A DNA stretch of 64,000 bases from a bacterium (GCA_018675685.1 JABGXP010000012.1:11596-75595); one strand, 5' to 3'. Shown: positions 48,974-59,046, counted from the first letter of the stretch. Numbers and translations: made by a program. The notes: generated by a model from the letters alone, not told the origin.

Positions 48974-50005
48974 ATGCTAAAAACGGTACAGAAAATTGAG
49001 ATCTCCCCTAGTATTATTTGGAAAACAATTCTGATTTTACTAGCTATTTCTTTTTTGTATTACATCAAAGACGTGCTTTTGTTGTTGTTCTTAGCGATCA
49101 TAATAGTCAGTGCTGCTGGACCAATTATTGATAAAATGGAATCTAAAAAGATCCCAAGGATTTTAGCGGTTGTTTTGCTTTATTTTTCTTCTATTTTACT
49201 CTTTGTATTAGTTCTGAGTATTGTAGTTCCAGTTTTGAGCAACGAAACACAAATGATCACCAAGGCTCTGCCAGAATATTTTACAGGTATCAACAACTTC
49301 ATCGAAAATGTGACAGATCTTGCGGCCAGCTATCATTTTGAGGAAAACTTCAATGATTTTTTAGCGAATTTTTCAAATGGTTTGACGAATTCACTCTCAA
49401 GCATTTTTTCAAACACACTAGGCTTCCTAGTCGGTGTTTTCAAGGCATTGGTAATTTTCTCTCTAGCATTCTATATGTTAATCAAAAAAGATGGCACGAG
49501 AGCATTTGTTAACGCAATTGTTCACAACAAGAAGCATAAAAAGAGAGTGATTGATCTAGTTGAAAAAATTCAAACAAAGATGGGGCGTTGGCTTGTCGGG
49601 CAATTCTCATTGATGTTTATAATCTTTGTGTTAGAGTTTATCGCCTTGTCAATCCTCGGTGTGCCATTTGCTTTGATATTAGCGCTCATAGGAGGCTTAC
49701 TTGAGATTGTTCCGTATATTGGACCTCTTGCAGCTTTTGTGCCAGCTGTTTTGATTGCAAGCACTGTTTCGCCCTGGACAGCACTTTTTGTTGCAATTTC
49801 TTATATATTAATTCAACAGATCGAGAATCATTTAATTGTCCCATTGGTAATGAAGAAAGCCGTTGGGCTTAATCCTGTCGTTATTATTCTTTCATTGCTC
49901 ATAGGAGGAAGGCTTGCTGGTGTTCCGGGGATCATTCTTGCCGTGCCATTTGTGACAGCAATGGAAATTGTACTTGAAGACTTTTTAAATAAGAAAGAAG
50001 AATAG
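48974..50005 (+). CDS. AI-2E family transporter
   Basis: EIVPYIGP, QQIENHLIVP, GLNP, GIILAVP. Confidence 0.9.
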   Translation: MLKTVQKIEISPSIIWKTILILLAISFLYYIKDVLLLLFLAIIIVSAAGPIIDKMESKKIPRILAVVLLYFSSILLFVLVLSIVVPVLSNETQMITKALPEYFTGINNFIENVTDLAASYHFEENFNDFLANFSNGLTNSLSSIFSNTLGFLVGVFKALVIFSLAFYMLIKKDGTRAFVNAIVHNKKHKKRVIDLVEKIQTKMGRWLVGQFSLMFIIFVLEFIALSILGVPFALILALIGGLLEIVPYIGPLAAFVPAVLIASTVSPWTALFVAISYILIQQIENHLIVPLVMKKAVGLNPVVIILSLLIGGRLAGVPGIILAVPFVTAMEIVLEDFLNKKEE

Positions 50006-50010
50006 AAACT

Positions 50011-50553
50011 ATGTTGAAAAATATTCAAATTGTTATAACGTTAGACAAATCCACTCAAAGTCATGTCGCAACAAAAATTAGAAACCTAGTTGAAACAGTT
50101 GACGCAAGATGGGTCAAGCCCGAGATTTATAGTATTCAGTTGGCAATCATTAAAAAAGTTGATGAAGAATCACTCTTTGAGATAGGAGAGATTCTGAAGG
50201 AAGAGCTTTGTGAAATCAAATCTTTTGATCTAAGTTTCGAAAAAATTGCATGGGGGCCAAACTCTCAAAATCCAAAAATGCTTTGGCTTGTGGGGCCACA
50301 AAGCGGAGAACTGATAGAGCTTAGAAATGTTATCGAACAATCTCTTAATGAAAATGCAAAAGAAATCAGTAAATTTTCACCACACATCAAATTAGCCAAA
50401 ATCCCCAAAAGAAGTTTCTCAAAAGAGATTGATTTATCTAAGATCAAGATAAGCGTCGACATATCAGTGGACAATATTGATATAATAGAGGTATTTCAAG
50501 ATGGCAGAACTCGTTCAACTGGTATTTTGCAAAGCATCCCACTTAGTTTCTAG
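50011..50553 (+). CDS. 2H phosphoesterase (ThpR/LigT-like), degenerate
   Basis: ARWVKPE, PKMLW, FSPHIKLA; first HxT motif replaced. Confidence 0.65.
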   Translation: MLKNIQIVITLDKSTQSHVATKIRNLVETVDARWVKPEIYSIQLAIIKKVDEESLFEIGEILKEELCEIKSFDLSFEKIAWGPNSQNPKMLWLVGPQSGELIELRNVIEQSLNENAKEISKFSPHIKLAKIPKRSFSKEIDLSKIKISVDISVDNIDIIEVFQDGRTRSTGILQSIPLSF

Positions 50554-50562
50554 AATTTACAC

Positions 50563-51321
50563 ATGAAGAATCAAATTTTTGGAATTAAAATTCACAATTA
50601 CACAAAAAAACAATTACATAAAATTGTTTTAGGCATAGTAAGGAAAGGGAGAAGCTTTTCTAAAATTCCAGTTTGTATTGTAACTTTGAACCCTGAAATT
50701 TTGCTAAAAGCCAAGCATGACCAAAGGTATAAAAAGTTTCTTGAGCAATTTGATTTAAGAATCGCCGACGGTTTTGGAATTGTGTTTTGCTCATTGTTTT
50801 TGAAAAGACAAGTGATACATAGATTCGCAGGAGCTGATTTAGCCGGAGTTGTTATTGAAGAAGCCTTGAAAAATAAACTTAAAGTCGCCCTTGTGATGGA
50901 CAAAGAAGGACTCAGCTCGAAAGAAGAGCTCAAGTTTTTTTTAAAGGAAAAGTTTGGTCAGAAAAAAAGCAATTTGTGCAGAATATATCTCGAAGACAAA
51001 GAAAGTGGGGAACAAGAAAAATTATCCAAGAATACGCAAGTTTTGTTTGTCGGATTGGGCGCCCCGTCGCAAGAAGAGTTTATCCTGAAAAATAAAGAAG
51101 ATTTGCCAGATTTAAGACTTGCAATTGGTACTGGGGGGACATTTGATTATTGGACAAAGAGAACAAGAAGGGCTCCAAAATTAATGAGAATATTTGGATT
51201 CGAATGGCTTTGGAGAGTGCTTATTTTGAGGGGATATTCCAAAAAGAAACAGCGTATCAAAAGAGTATTTTCTGCTGTGTTTATTTTCCCAATTAAATAT
51301 ATTTTTGATAATTCAAAGTAA
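50563..51321 (+). CDS. WecB/TagA/CpsF family glycosyltransferase
   Basis: TLNPE, ADGFG, GLGAPSQE, GTGGTFD, RAP, EWLWR. Confidence 0.92.
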   Translation: MKNQIFGIKIHNYTKKQLHKIVLGIVRKGRSFSKIPVCIVTLNPEILLKAKHDQRYKKFLEQFDLRIADGFGIVFCSLFLKRQVIHRFAGADLAGVVIEEALKNKLKVALVMDKEGLSSKEELKFFLKEKFGQKKSNLCRIYLEDKESGEQEKLSKNTQVLFVGLGAPSQEEFILKNKEDLPDLRLAIGTGGTFDYWTKRTRRAPKLMRIFGFEWLWRVLILRGYSKKKQRIKRVFSAVFIFPIKYIFDNSK

Positions 51322-51326
51322 TTAAA

Positions 51327-51848
51327 ATGAAGATTTCACAAAAAGAAATAGATACTGTGAGAAAAAGCAGCTTTCGACCGCAAATTGCTGTTTGTCTAGT
51401 GCATGACAAAAAAGTGTTCATGTTTTTCGATGAAAAGTATAAATTATGGCAATTTCCTCAAGGGGGGATTGATAATGGGGAGGACATAACGTCATCAGCA
51501 AAGCGTGAATTAGACGAGGAGCTGGGAAATGACATTTCAAAACATTTTGTGGGAGAACCAGAAATTTTGTTTGAGGATAAAATATCTTTTCCTGAGCGGT
51601 TGTGGGGAAGTCGCAAACTAAGATTAGATGATGGAATGAAAATGATGATGAAAGGAAAGCATTTTTTCTATATTGCACTGGAACTAGATTTGGATACGTT
51701 TGACCTAAAGGATGCCCAGTTTACAGACTATCGCTTAATGACTTCTAGTGAGGCGGATAAAACCATAGATCAAATTTACCAATTTAACAAGCAAAGAATT
51801 TCCAGAAAAGCAATCGATTTTTTAAAGGAAAAAGGAATAATCATATAA
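51327..51848 (+). CDS. NUDIX hydrolase (RppH-like box)
   Basis: WQFPQGGIDNGE...AKRELDEELG. Confidence 0.82.
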   Translation: MKISQKEIDTVRKSSFRPQIAVCLVHDKKVFMFFDEKYKLWQFPQGGIDNGEDITSSAKRELDEELGNDISKHFVGEPEILFEDKISFPERLWGSRKLRLDDGMKMMMKGKHFFYIALELDLDTFDLKDAQFTDYRLMTSSEADKTIDQIYQFNKQRISRKAIDFLKEKGIII

Positions 51849-51947
51849 TTGACACTACTATTTAGTGTGCAATACTTGATATATTAAGAATGTAATAGCT
51901 AATAATTTTTTTCAAATAGCAGGAAACTAATATTAAATTAAGAATAA

Positions 51948-53420
51948 ATGGAAGTTAGAACTAGATTTGCACCATCACCAACTGGGAACGTGCATGTTGG
52001 AAATTTGAGGACAGCATTGTATGCGTATCTTCTTGCAAGAAACCATCAAGGAAAATTTTTGTTGCGAGTTGAAGACACTGACCAAAAAAGATTGGTGGAT
52101 AACTCAATAGAAAAAATCCTAGGTGCACTGAATTGGGCTGGAATTGAAGTTGACGAAGGTGTGAGTTTCGACAAAGAAGGAAATGTTGCAGAAAATGGAG
52201 AATATGGACCGTACTTTCAATCAAAACGCTTAGACGTTTATCAAAAATATATCAAAGAGCTTTTAGCTAATGGACATGCATATCATTGTTTCTGTTCAGC
52301 TGAAAGACTCACTGACTTGAGAAACTCTCAGCAAGAAAAGAAGCAACCGACAAGATACGACAAAAGATGCGAATCACTTTCTGCCAAAGAAGTTGAGGAC
52401 AAGATTGCAAATGGTGAGTCATTTACAATCAGAATGAACGTTCCGCAAGGAGAATCAGTGACTTTCAAGGATGAGGTTTATGGAAAAGTTTCCTTCAAAA
52501 GCGACACAGTTGATGATCAAGTTTTAATAAAATCAGATGGATTTCCAACCTATCATTTTGCAGTTGTGATCGACGACCATTTAATGAAAATTTCACACAT
52601 TGTTCGAGGAGAAGATTGGCTGCCTAGTGCACCAAAGCATGTTTTGTTGTATAAATTTTTCCAATGGGAAACGCCAACAATGATTCATGTACCAAATGTT
52701 TTAAACGAAAATCGCAAGAAACTTTCGAAAAGACAGGGGGATGTGAGTGTAGAAGATTTTCAGAAAAAAGGCTACTTACCTGAAACAATTGTGAACTTTC
52801 TTTCCCTGTTGGGATGGAATCCAAAAACAAAGCAAGAACATTTTTCATTAGAAGAATTAGAAGAAAATTTTGATGTTTCTGGACTTCACAAAGCTGGCGC
52901 AGTTTTTGACTATAAGAAGTTGGATTGGATGAATGCTTACTATATCAAACAAAAAACTATCGAGGAATTGAAAATTTTAACAGAGAGTTATTTTGAAAGT
53001 TTTTTTAAAGAAAAGGGATTTGAAAAAGACGAGGAATTGGTTCAAAAAATCATAACAATAGAACAAGAAAGGATGAAAAAACTTTCAGATGTTACGGACA
53101 ATATTGATTTCTATTTTACTATTAAGAACTATGAAAAAGAATTCTTAATTTGGAAACAAAATTCTGAAATTCAAACAAAAGACTCACTTGGAATTTCAAA
53201 AAAGAACCTCGAGGAACTTTCAGATCAATTCACGTTGAAAGAAATCACAGATTCACTTTTGGCTGCAGCGGGTGACAAAAGAGGCGATTTGCTTTGGCCG
53301 CTTCGAGTTTGTCTTAGTGGAGAGAAATTCAGCCCCAGCCCCTTTGAACTTGCTTGGGCACTAGGAAAAACAGAAACTCTAAAAAGAATTGAAAAAGCTT
53401 TGGAATTATTTGAAAAATAG
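51948..53420 (+). CDS. gltX: Glutamate--tRNA ligase
   Basis: RFAPSPTG, HVGN, RVEDTD, KLSKR. Confidence 0.98.
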   Translation: MEVRTRFAPSPTGNVHVGNLRTALYAYLLARNHQGKFLLRVEDTDQKRLVDNSIEKILGALNWAGIEVDEGVSFDKEGNVAENGEYGPYFQSKRLDVYQKYIKELLANGHAYHCFCSAERLTDLRNSQQEKKQPTRYDKRCESLSAKEVEDKIANGESFTIRMNVPQGESVTFKDEVYGKVSFKSDTVDDQVLIKSDGFPTYHFAVVIDDHLMKISHIVRGEDWLPSAPKHVLLYKFFQWETPTMIHVPNVLNENRKKLSKRQGDVSVEDFQKKGYLPETIVNFLSLLGWNPKTKQEHFSLEELEENFDVSGLHKAGAVFDYKKLDWMNAYYIKQKTIEELKILTESYFESFFKEKGFEKDEELVQKIITIEQERMKKLSDVTDNIDFYFTIKNYEKEFLIWKQNSEIQTKDSLGISKKNLEELSDQFTLKEITDSLLAAAGDKRGDLLWPLRVCLSGEKFSPSPFELAWALGKTETLKRIEKALELFEK

Positions 53421-53483
53421 AAATGTGGTATAATCTATACTACAATTGAAGTTCGGGAGTTTGAGCGGAACTTAAATAAAAAA

Positions 53484-54761
53484 ATGGATAAAATTAAAAA
53501 TAAAAATAGTTTAACCAAAAGCAAAGTAGCTACTTTGATTTTTTGCTCTTTGTTTCTATGGATTGGTAGTTCAGCCAATGCATCGGTAGCAGAAAAAAGA
53601 TATGAAACATTAGAGGATAGAAAAAAGAATTACGAACTTCAAATACTGTACAAACAAAAACAAGGAACAACGTTGGGCAATCAACTGAAAATGATGGATT
53701 TGCAAATCGATAGTTTCAAGAACGATTTGGAGATTACGAAAGAAAAAATTGCCAAAAATGAAAAAGAATTGGGGTTATTAGACCAAGAAGTTGACATATA
53801 TCAAAAAGGGCTAGATGAGAGAAGGAAAGAACTTGCAGCAATGCTTAGATTCTTCTATCAAGCAGAAAAGAATATTACAATGTCTTTTTTGGCCCAAGAC
53901 TCAGATGTGTCTGCTGTACTTAATCAATCACAATACATCGATCAGGCCTCCGGAAAAATTGATGAAATTATCATCGATACTCAAAAGAGTAAAGAAAGTC
54001 TTGAAACTAAAAAAGGAGAGGTTGAGAAAAAGAACGAAGAATTGAAAGAGCATCAAGAAACTTTTGAGGAAAGAGTTGAATACTTGGAAGGAGAAGAACA
54101 ATCCAAGAAGGTACTTTTGCAAAAAACTCAAGGACAAGAGGCACAGTACAAGAAGTTGTTGACAAGAGTTGAACAGCAGATGCAAGAGTTGATTGGTGAT
54201 CTAGATGAACTTTCTGCTGAAGTTAGAAGTGATTTGGAAAAAATCAAAAAATCAGCATCAAAGCCAACATCGGGTACTGCTTCAAAAAAATGGTATTACG
54301 CTCAAAATGACAGCAAATGGGGGAATAAAAGAATAGGACTATCAAATACTTTAATGAAGGACTACGGATGTGCCGTTACGGCAGTTTCCATGGTCATGAC
54401 TTATCACAAAGAAAAAATCACACCAGGCAGTCTCTCTGGAAAGCAAATTTTTGCAAGAGATTTAATCGTTTGGCCAGCTTCCTGGGGAGATGTCGAACTT
54501 GATTCAACGACTTGGCATGGGAATATTGATTGGAAGGAAATCAATAAGTCTATAGATAAAGACAGACCAGTAATTGTCTTTATCCGTTCAAGGACTGGTG
54601 CTGGTCATTATGTCGTTGTTCACGGAAGAGACAAAAAAGGCAAATACGTTGTCCACGATCCACTTTTTGGTGCTAATATCTATCTAGATACTTCAAGGAA
54701 GTTGGTTGGCAGGATCTACAATAGCTCCACGACAATCGATCAAATGATTATCTATAAATAA
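53484..54761 (+). CDS. Secreted coiled-coil protein with C-terminal C39-like peptidase
   Basis: Signal peptide, long coiled coil, YAQND..W, GCAVT, GHYVV, HDP. Confidence 0.8.
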   Translation: MDKIKNKNSLTKSKVATLIFCSLFLWIGSSANASVAEKRYETLEDRKKNYELQILYKQKQGTTLGNQLKMMDLQIDSFKNDLEITKEKIAKNEKELGLLDQEVDIYQKGLDERRKELAAMLRFFYQAEKNITMSFLAQDSDVSAVLNQSQYIDQASGKIDEIIIDTQKSKESLETKKGEVEKKNEELKEHQETFEERVEYLEGEEQSKKVLLQKTQGQEAQYKKLLTRVEQQMQELIGDLDELSAEVRSDLEKIKKSASKPTSGTASKKWYYAQNDSKWGNKRIGLSNTLMKDYGCAVTAVSMVMTYHKEKITPGSLSGKQIFARDLIVWPASWGDVELDSTTWHGNIDWKEINKSIDKDRPVIVFIRSRTGAGHYVVVHGRDKKGKYVVHDPLFGANIYLDTSRKLVGRIYNSSTTIDQMIIYK

Positions 54762-54837
54762 CCATTTGGGTAAAAAGTCGATATTTTTTCAAATCTGACC
54801 CAAGAAGGGTAGTGTGAATTAAGTTTTAATACAAAAA

Positions 54838-55089
54838 ATGAAAATAAAAATGAAAAATCGCAAGGAAAGTAAAATTGCCTTGCTCGTGACAATTGGGATG
54901 ATTTTACTATTCATACTCTTTTTATTCTATCAAAACTTTCATGACATAGGGTATCGGGAAGAAAAATGTTCTCAAGATATTCTTGAAAAAGCAAAACTAT
55001 ATTACCAAGAAACTGGAACTGATCCAGAGACTGTTGTTTTGGATATGTTCTATGATGATTGCATGAGAGATGCAGGCTGGATAAAATAG
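54838..55089 (+). CDS. Small single-TM hypothetical protein
   Basis: 83-aa ORF with TM and two Cys. Confidence 0.55.
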   Translation: MKIKMKNRKESKIALLVTIGMILLFILFLFYQNFHDIGYREEKCSQDILEKAKLYYQETGTDPETVVLDMFYDDCMRDAGWIK

Positions 55090-55236
55090 ACCCTGGAACG
55101 CCAAGGAGTTTTTTCTTGATAACTTTATTACTAAGAGCAAAGTTTGCGCTCGGAGCTCAATTTTGAAGCCCAGCTTATTTAAGAAGCTATTACCGCTTAT
55201 TTAAAGGTATATTAGCTTAACTTTTCCTTTTGGTAT

Positions 55237-55268
55237 CCTTAAAACGCAATTTTGAGCCTCGTTTTTTG
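55237..55268. repeat. 32-bp exact direct repeat, copy 1
   Basis: CCTTAAAACGCAATTTTGAGCCTCGTTTTTTG; similarity extends imperfectly on both sides. Confidence 0.9.
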
Positions 55269-55498
55269 CCTTATATAAGGTGATAAACGGCAATCTTTCC
55301 AATGAGTATGTTTACAAGAAAACAGGAACTCTTTCAAGACAATCATCAAAAGAATGTCATGTGAGGACAACAAAGAGAATAAACACTGCCATAGAACAAC
55401 TACAGTTAAAAGAAGGAACTCAACACCTAAGGGGGGGGTAAAAACAGAAGGAGATAGCAAAGCATACACACATCGCCATTTGTTGGGCTTATAAATTG

Positions 55499-55536
55499 AT
55501 ACAACGTCGCATAATATACATTGTGCGACGTTGTAT
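55499..55536. other. Palindromic dif-like Xer recombination site
   Basis: ACGTCGCATAA-TATACA-TTGTGCGACGT (11-6-11); spacer is the reverse complement of the E. coli dif spacer TGTATA; CGCATAA matches the XerC arm; lies in a ~900-bp gene-free gap. Confidence 0.75.
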
Positions 55537-55825
55537 AACTATCATTTAAATAACAATTTAGTTACTAAGTGATCTAAATCTTTCTGGAAATCTATTATTC
55601 CCTACTTCAATTTGGGTACCCATGGTTGTTTTCGACACTCTTTTAAATTACACGTAGGTGTTTTCGAAGAACATATATTTGCTCTTTCTTTTCGGTGTCT
55701 TTTGTGAAAACTTTCCTTTTTGTATTAACTGGGTAACAAAATTTCCGATAAATAGAAAAGGTGGAATTTATACCGTAAATAAAGCATTTAAAGAGGTAGG
55801 ATAGCTCAACTTTTTCTTTTTATGC

Positions 55826-55857
55826 CCTTAAAACGCAATTTTGAGCCTCGTTTTTTG
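55826..55857. repeat. 32-bp exact direct repeat, copy 2
   Basis: Identical to 55237-55268. Confidence 0.9.
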
Positions 55858-55997
55858 GCTTAAATAAGGCATAAAACAGCTGTTTATCAAATGAATTTTT
55901 ATCAATAAGAGGGGGCATTTTTAGCCCTTTTCTCACGATAGTGAACTTTTTATTTTTATGTTAAACTTAAAGAGAAAATAAGAATAAGATATTTTCC

Positions 55998-56402
55998 ATG
56001 CAAGAAGGTTTCTCCAGGGGATTTTATATCACAATGCTGGTTGTTTCAATTGTTTTTGTGTACATTGTTTTCACAGTGCTTCCAGACACAACAAAAACAG
56101 TTTTTGTGGGTGAAGGGTCTTTGATGGAGCCAACACTCTTAGACGGGGACGAGGTTGTTGTAAGCACAGGAAAACTTCCAAGAGAAGGAGATATTATTGT
56201 TTTTAAGTGTAAAGATAAGTGCGTTGAATTCCCAGGAGAAATCATGACTAAACGTCTTGATACAATCAATGAAAATGGTTGTTACTGGGTGCTAGGAGAT
56301 AATAGCGATGTTTCCTATGATTCAAGGACTTTTGGCGAGTTATGCCCAAAAGATCTCGAATTATATGGAGTAGTTGTTGACGTTAAGAGGAAAGATAAAT
56401 AA
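55998..56402 (+). CDS. S26/S24 signal peptidase I-like protein
   Basis: GSLMEPTL, GDIIVF, TKR, GDNSDVSYDSRTFG. Confidence 0.8.
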   Translation: MQEGFSRGFYITMLVVSIVFVYIVFTVLPDTTKTVFVGEGSLMEPTLLDGDEVVVSTGKLPREGDIIVFKCKDKCVEFPGEIMTKRLDTINENGCYWVLGDNSDVSYDSRTFGELCPKDLELYGVVVDVKRKDK

Positions 56403-56440
56403 AATTATCTGCACTCCCCTATTTTATTAAAACAAACTAA

Positions 56441-57574
56441 ATGAAAACATCTTTTTCAGCCCTAAATACTTTCCAGAGCTGTCCCTTGAAATATAAATTT
56501 CAAGTTATTGATAAGATTAGCACACCAAAATCTCCCGAAGCTTTTTTTGGGACATTAATTCACTCAACGTTGCAATTTGTTCATGCTGGTGGTTTTTTGC
56601 CGCCTTCAGAGCAAGAAGCTCTGCAGTTCTTTGCCACTAAATGGAACCCAGACGTATTCAAAGAAGAACTTCAAGAGCGAACTGCTTTTGCTCAAGGAGT
56701 GCGTATAATCCAACGATATTTCCGAGAAAATGATCCTGCAAAAATCCAAATTGTTGATTTGGAATCACGTTTTTCAATTGAAATAGAGGATGAGGAAAGG
56801 GACGAGAAACATTTTGTTTCAGGGTTTATCGATCGAATTGATAAGACCGATGATGGATATGAAATTATTGACTATAAGACTTCTAAAAAGCTTCCTTCCC
56901 AAGAGATAGTTGATAACAACTTACAACTTTCAATTTATTTGCTAGCCTTTTTAAAAAGATATCCTAAATATAAGGAGATAGAAAAAATAAAACTCTCTTT
57001 GTTTTTTGTACACCACGGAACAAAGATCACGAGTATTAAAACGAAAGATGACCTAGAGAGCGTCAAAAATGAATTGATTGAGATTATTCACCAAGTTGAA
57101 GAGTCTGACTTCCCGCCTACCATCACACCTCTTTGTGCTTGGTGTGGTTATCAGAAAATTTGTCCCATGTGGAAGCATAAATTCAAAGAGGAATTCTCTG
57201 TAACAGACGAAGAAAAAAAGGAAATAATTCATAGGTACCTAGAGGCTCAAGAAAAATCGAAACAAGAACGAAGAAAAGCCACCGAACTACAAGGAAGAAT
57301 TTTGGAAATAATGGAAGTAGAGGAGTCAGAGAGACTTTTTGCGGAGGGTAAAATTATCACCAAAAGTTGCCGACAAACTTTTGGTTATGACGAAAAACAA
57401 TTGAAGTTAATTTTAGATAAAGAAAACCTGTGGGATGAAGTTGTTAAATTAAATCAAGTACAGCTCAAAAAGATCATAGGGACACTTCCCTCTTCGACGA
57501 AAAAGGCTGTAGAAAAAACACGGGAGTTAAAAAAGGAAAGTTTTGGTTTGAGTATCAAAAAAGGCGAGGAATAG
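56441..57574 (+). CDS. PD-(D/E)XK RecB/AddB-like nuclease with four Fe-S-type cysteines
   Basis: SFSAL..FQSCP, GTLIH, GFIDRID, IIDYKT, QLSIY, CAWCGYQKIC. Confidence 0.88.
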   Translation: MKTSFSALNTFQSCPLKYKFQVIDKISTPKSPEAFFGTLIHSTLQFVHAGGFLPPSEQEALQFFATKWNPDVFKEELQERTAFAQGVRIIQRYFRENDPAKIQIVDLESRFSIEIEDEERDEKHFVSGFIDRIDKTDDGYEIIDYKTSKKLPSQEIVDNNLQLSIYLLAFLKRYPKYKEIEKIKLSLFFVHHGTKITSIKTKDDLESVKNELIEIIHQVEESDFPPTITPLCAWCGYQKICPMWKHKFKEEFSVTDEEKKEIIHRYLEAQEKSKQERRKATELQGRILEIMEVEESERLFAEGKIITKSCRQTFGYDEKQLKLILDKENLWDEVVKLNQVQLKKIIGTLPSSTKKAVEKTRELKKESFGLSIKKGEE

Positions 57575-57601
57575 AAAAATAAAATAAATAAATTAAAAAA
57601 A

Positions 57602-58171
57602 ATGGTCATTAAGAATGAGGATTCAAAAACTGTTATTTACATTGCGCTTGGAGTTGGAGCAGCTATTGCTCTTTGCATTTTCTCCTTTGGGATTAAAATG
57701 TTGCTTGGGGTTAGCTCGAATCCTATCCAAAGTCCACCAATAGAAATTGTTCAACCAAAGCCGCTTGAGCAAACAAAGCAAACTCCCGTTGAAATTCCTG
57801 AAGCTATTGAAATAGTCCCCGCTTCCAAAATTAAGAGCGAGGCACTTTTTCAGATGAGCAAAAAGGAAGCCGCTGGAGAGAAATTGAGCGTTGAAAGCAC
57901 TTTTTCAACCATGGAAGCTTACTCTTTCAAAATAAAAGAAGTGACAGACGCTGGACTTTTAAAACTTGAGTATGATAAAGCACTTCTTGGAAGCCCTTGC
58001 TCTGCAGGCTCTGGCAAAGGGATCCTCGAAATTCCTCTTGCGGATATTCCAGTATGCCTAAAATCAACAACTTGTGATGCTGGAGAAACGGTTTGTTTCA
58101 AAGCCACAGAAGTAAGTGGTGGGATTAAAATTCAGCACACAATCACTAAATATGACGGTGAGGCGATCTAA
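57602..58171 (+). CDS. Hypothetical single-TM protein (Pro-rich linker, 4 Cys)
   Basis: 189-aa ORF; terminator 58189-58221. Confidence 0.65.
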   Translation: MVIKNEDSKTVIYIALGVGAAIALCIFSFGIKMLLGVSSNPIQSPPIEIVQPKPLEQTKQTPVEIPEAIEIVPASKIKSEALFQMSKKEAAGEKLSVESTFSTMEAYSFKIKEVTDAGLLKLEYDKALLGSPCSAGSGKGILEIPLADIPVCLKSTTCDAGETVCFKATEVSGGIKIQHTITKYDGEAI

Positions 58172-58188
58172 TTAACGCCCTCTTTTTT

Positions 58189-58221
58189 AAAAACCCTTCG
58201 GGACTATCCGGAAGGGTTTTT
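58189..58221 (+). terminator. Terminator
   Basis: AAAAACCCTTC...GAAGGGTTTTT. Confidence 0.8.
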
Positions 58222-58334
58222 ATATTGACAAAATAACATATTCGTGATATATTTCTCCTAAGTACATTAATATCTGCAGATACTTTTAAAGCTACGATAT
58301 ATAAACCAGAAACATTTTATTTTTGGAGGTAACA

Positions 58335-58970
58335 ATGGAAAAAAGAATTGTAAAAGATGTCTATTTGAATAAGAACATCTTTGAAACCGCGAGGATTTTA
58401 CCTGTGAGTTTGCTCATCATTGCGATAAGCTATTTGTTTACAGGTGTTACTCGGTTACTACTTTACAAAGAATATCTATTCTTTGTAAAAATGGCCCTAG
58501 TGATTGAATTTGCTGTGCTCTTTCGCTTGAGATTTCTTGTTTGGAACATCTCTTCGTTAAGAAAAAAGACAGTTGTAAAATTAGGCTTACTTACAGTGGT
58601 GATGAAAATAGCTATCTTGTTAGCGATTCCTTTGTTGGAGGTTCCTGCGGTTTGTGTGATTTTACTCTCCCTGGGCGTTATTTTTTTCATTTGGTCCATC
58701 GCCCTTCTTTTATCAAAAGTAAACTTCCTATCAATAAATGGCATAACTGGGATCACGGCTCTACTTTTCTTCAGTCTCTTGATGATCTATGATGCCAGTG
58801 CTCCATTTATCGTGATGGCGGTATTCATACTGCCTGTTCTCCTCACATATACATGGATTGTTTTGATACGAAGAGATATTTTTTCTAAAACCAATTTAGT
58901 GCCTGAAGATTTCAGATTCTCTTTTGGATTTTTTCAAACAGATAACACTGGGCTTAAGACCAAGCGTTAA
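58335..58970 (+). CDS. Orphan polytopic membrane protein (standalone unit)
   Basis: Promoter TTGACA-17-TATATT with TGn extension 58225-58253; SD GGAGGT 58325-58330; about 6 TMs. Confidence 0.7.
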   Translation: MEKRIVKDVYLNKNIFETARILPVSLLIIAISYLFTGVTRLLLYKEYLFFVKMALVIEFAVLFRLRFLVWNISSLRKKTVVKLGLLTVVMKIAILLAIPLLEVPAVCVILLSLGVIFFIWSIALLLSKVNFLSINGITGITALLFFSLLMIYDASAPFIVMAVFILPVLLTYTWIVLIRRDIFSKTNLVPEDFRFSFGFFQTDNTGLKTKR

Positions 58971-58988
58971 AAAACTGCTAAAACTAAT

Positions 58989-59026
58989 AAAATCCCTCCA
59001 GAGACATTGTCTTTAGGGGGGATTTT
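58989..59026. terminator. Bidirectional terminator
   Basis: AAAATCCCTCC...GGGGGGATTTT between convergent genes. Confidence 0.7.
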
Positions 59027-59046
59027 AAACTGAAAAATGCAAATTT

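Noticed and set aside
55239-55469. 76-aa minus-strand ORF in the dif region
   Set aside because: Runs through the repeat, has no recognisable motif or start context; likely spurious
55237-55857. CRISPR array suggested by 32-bp repeats and a nearby Cas4-like nuclease
   Set aside because: Only two copies, 589 bp apart; no regular spacers; no cas1/cas2
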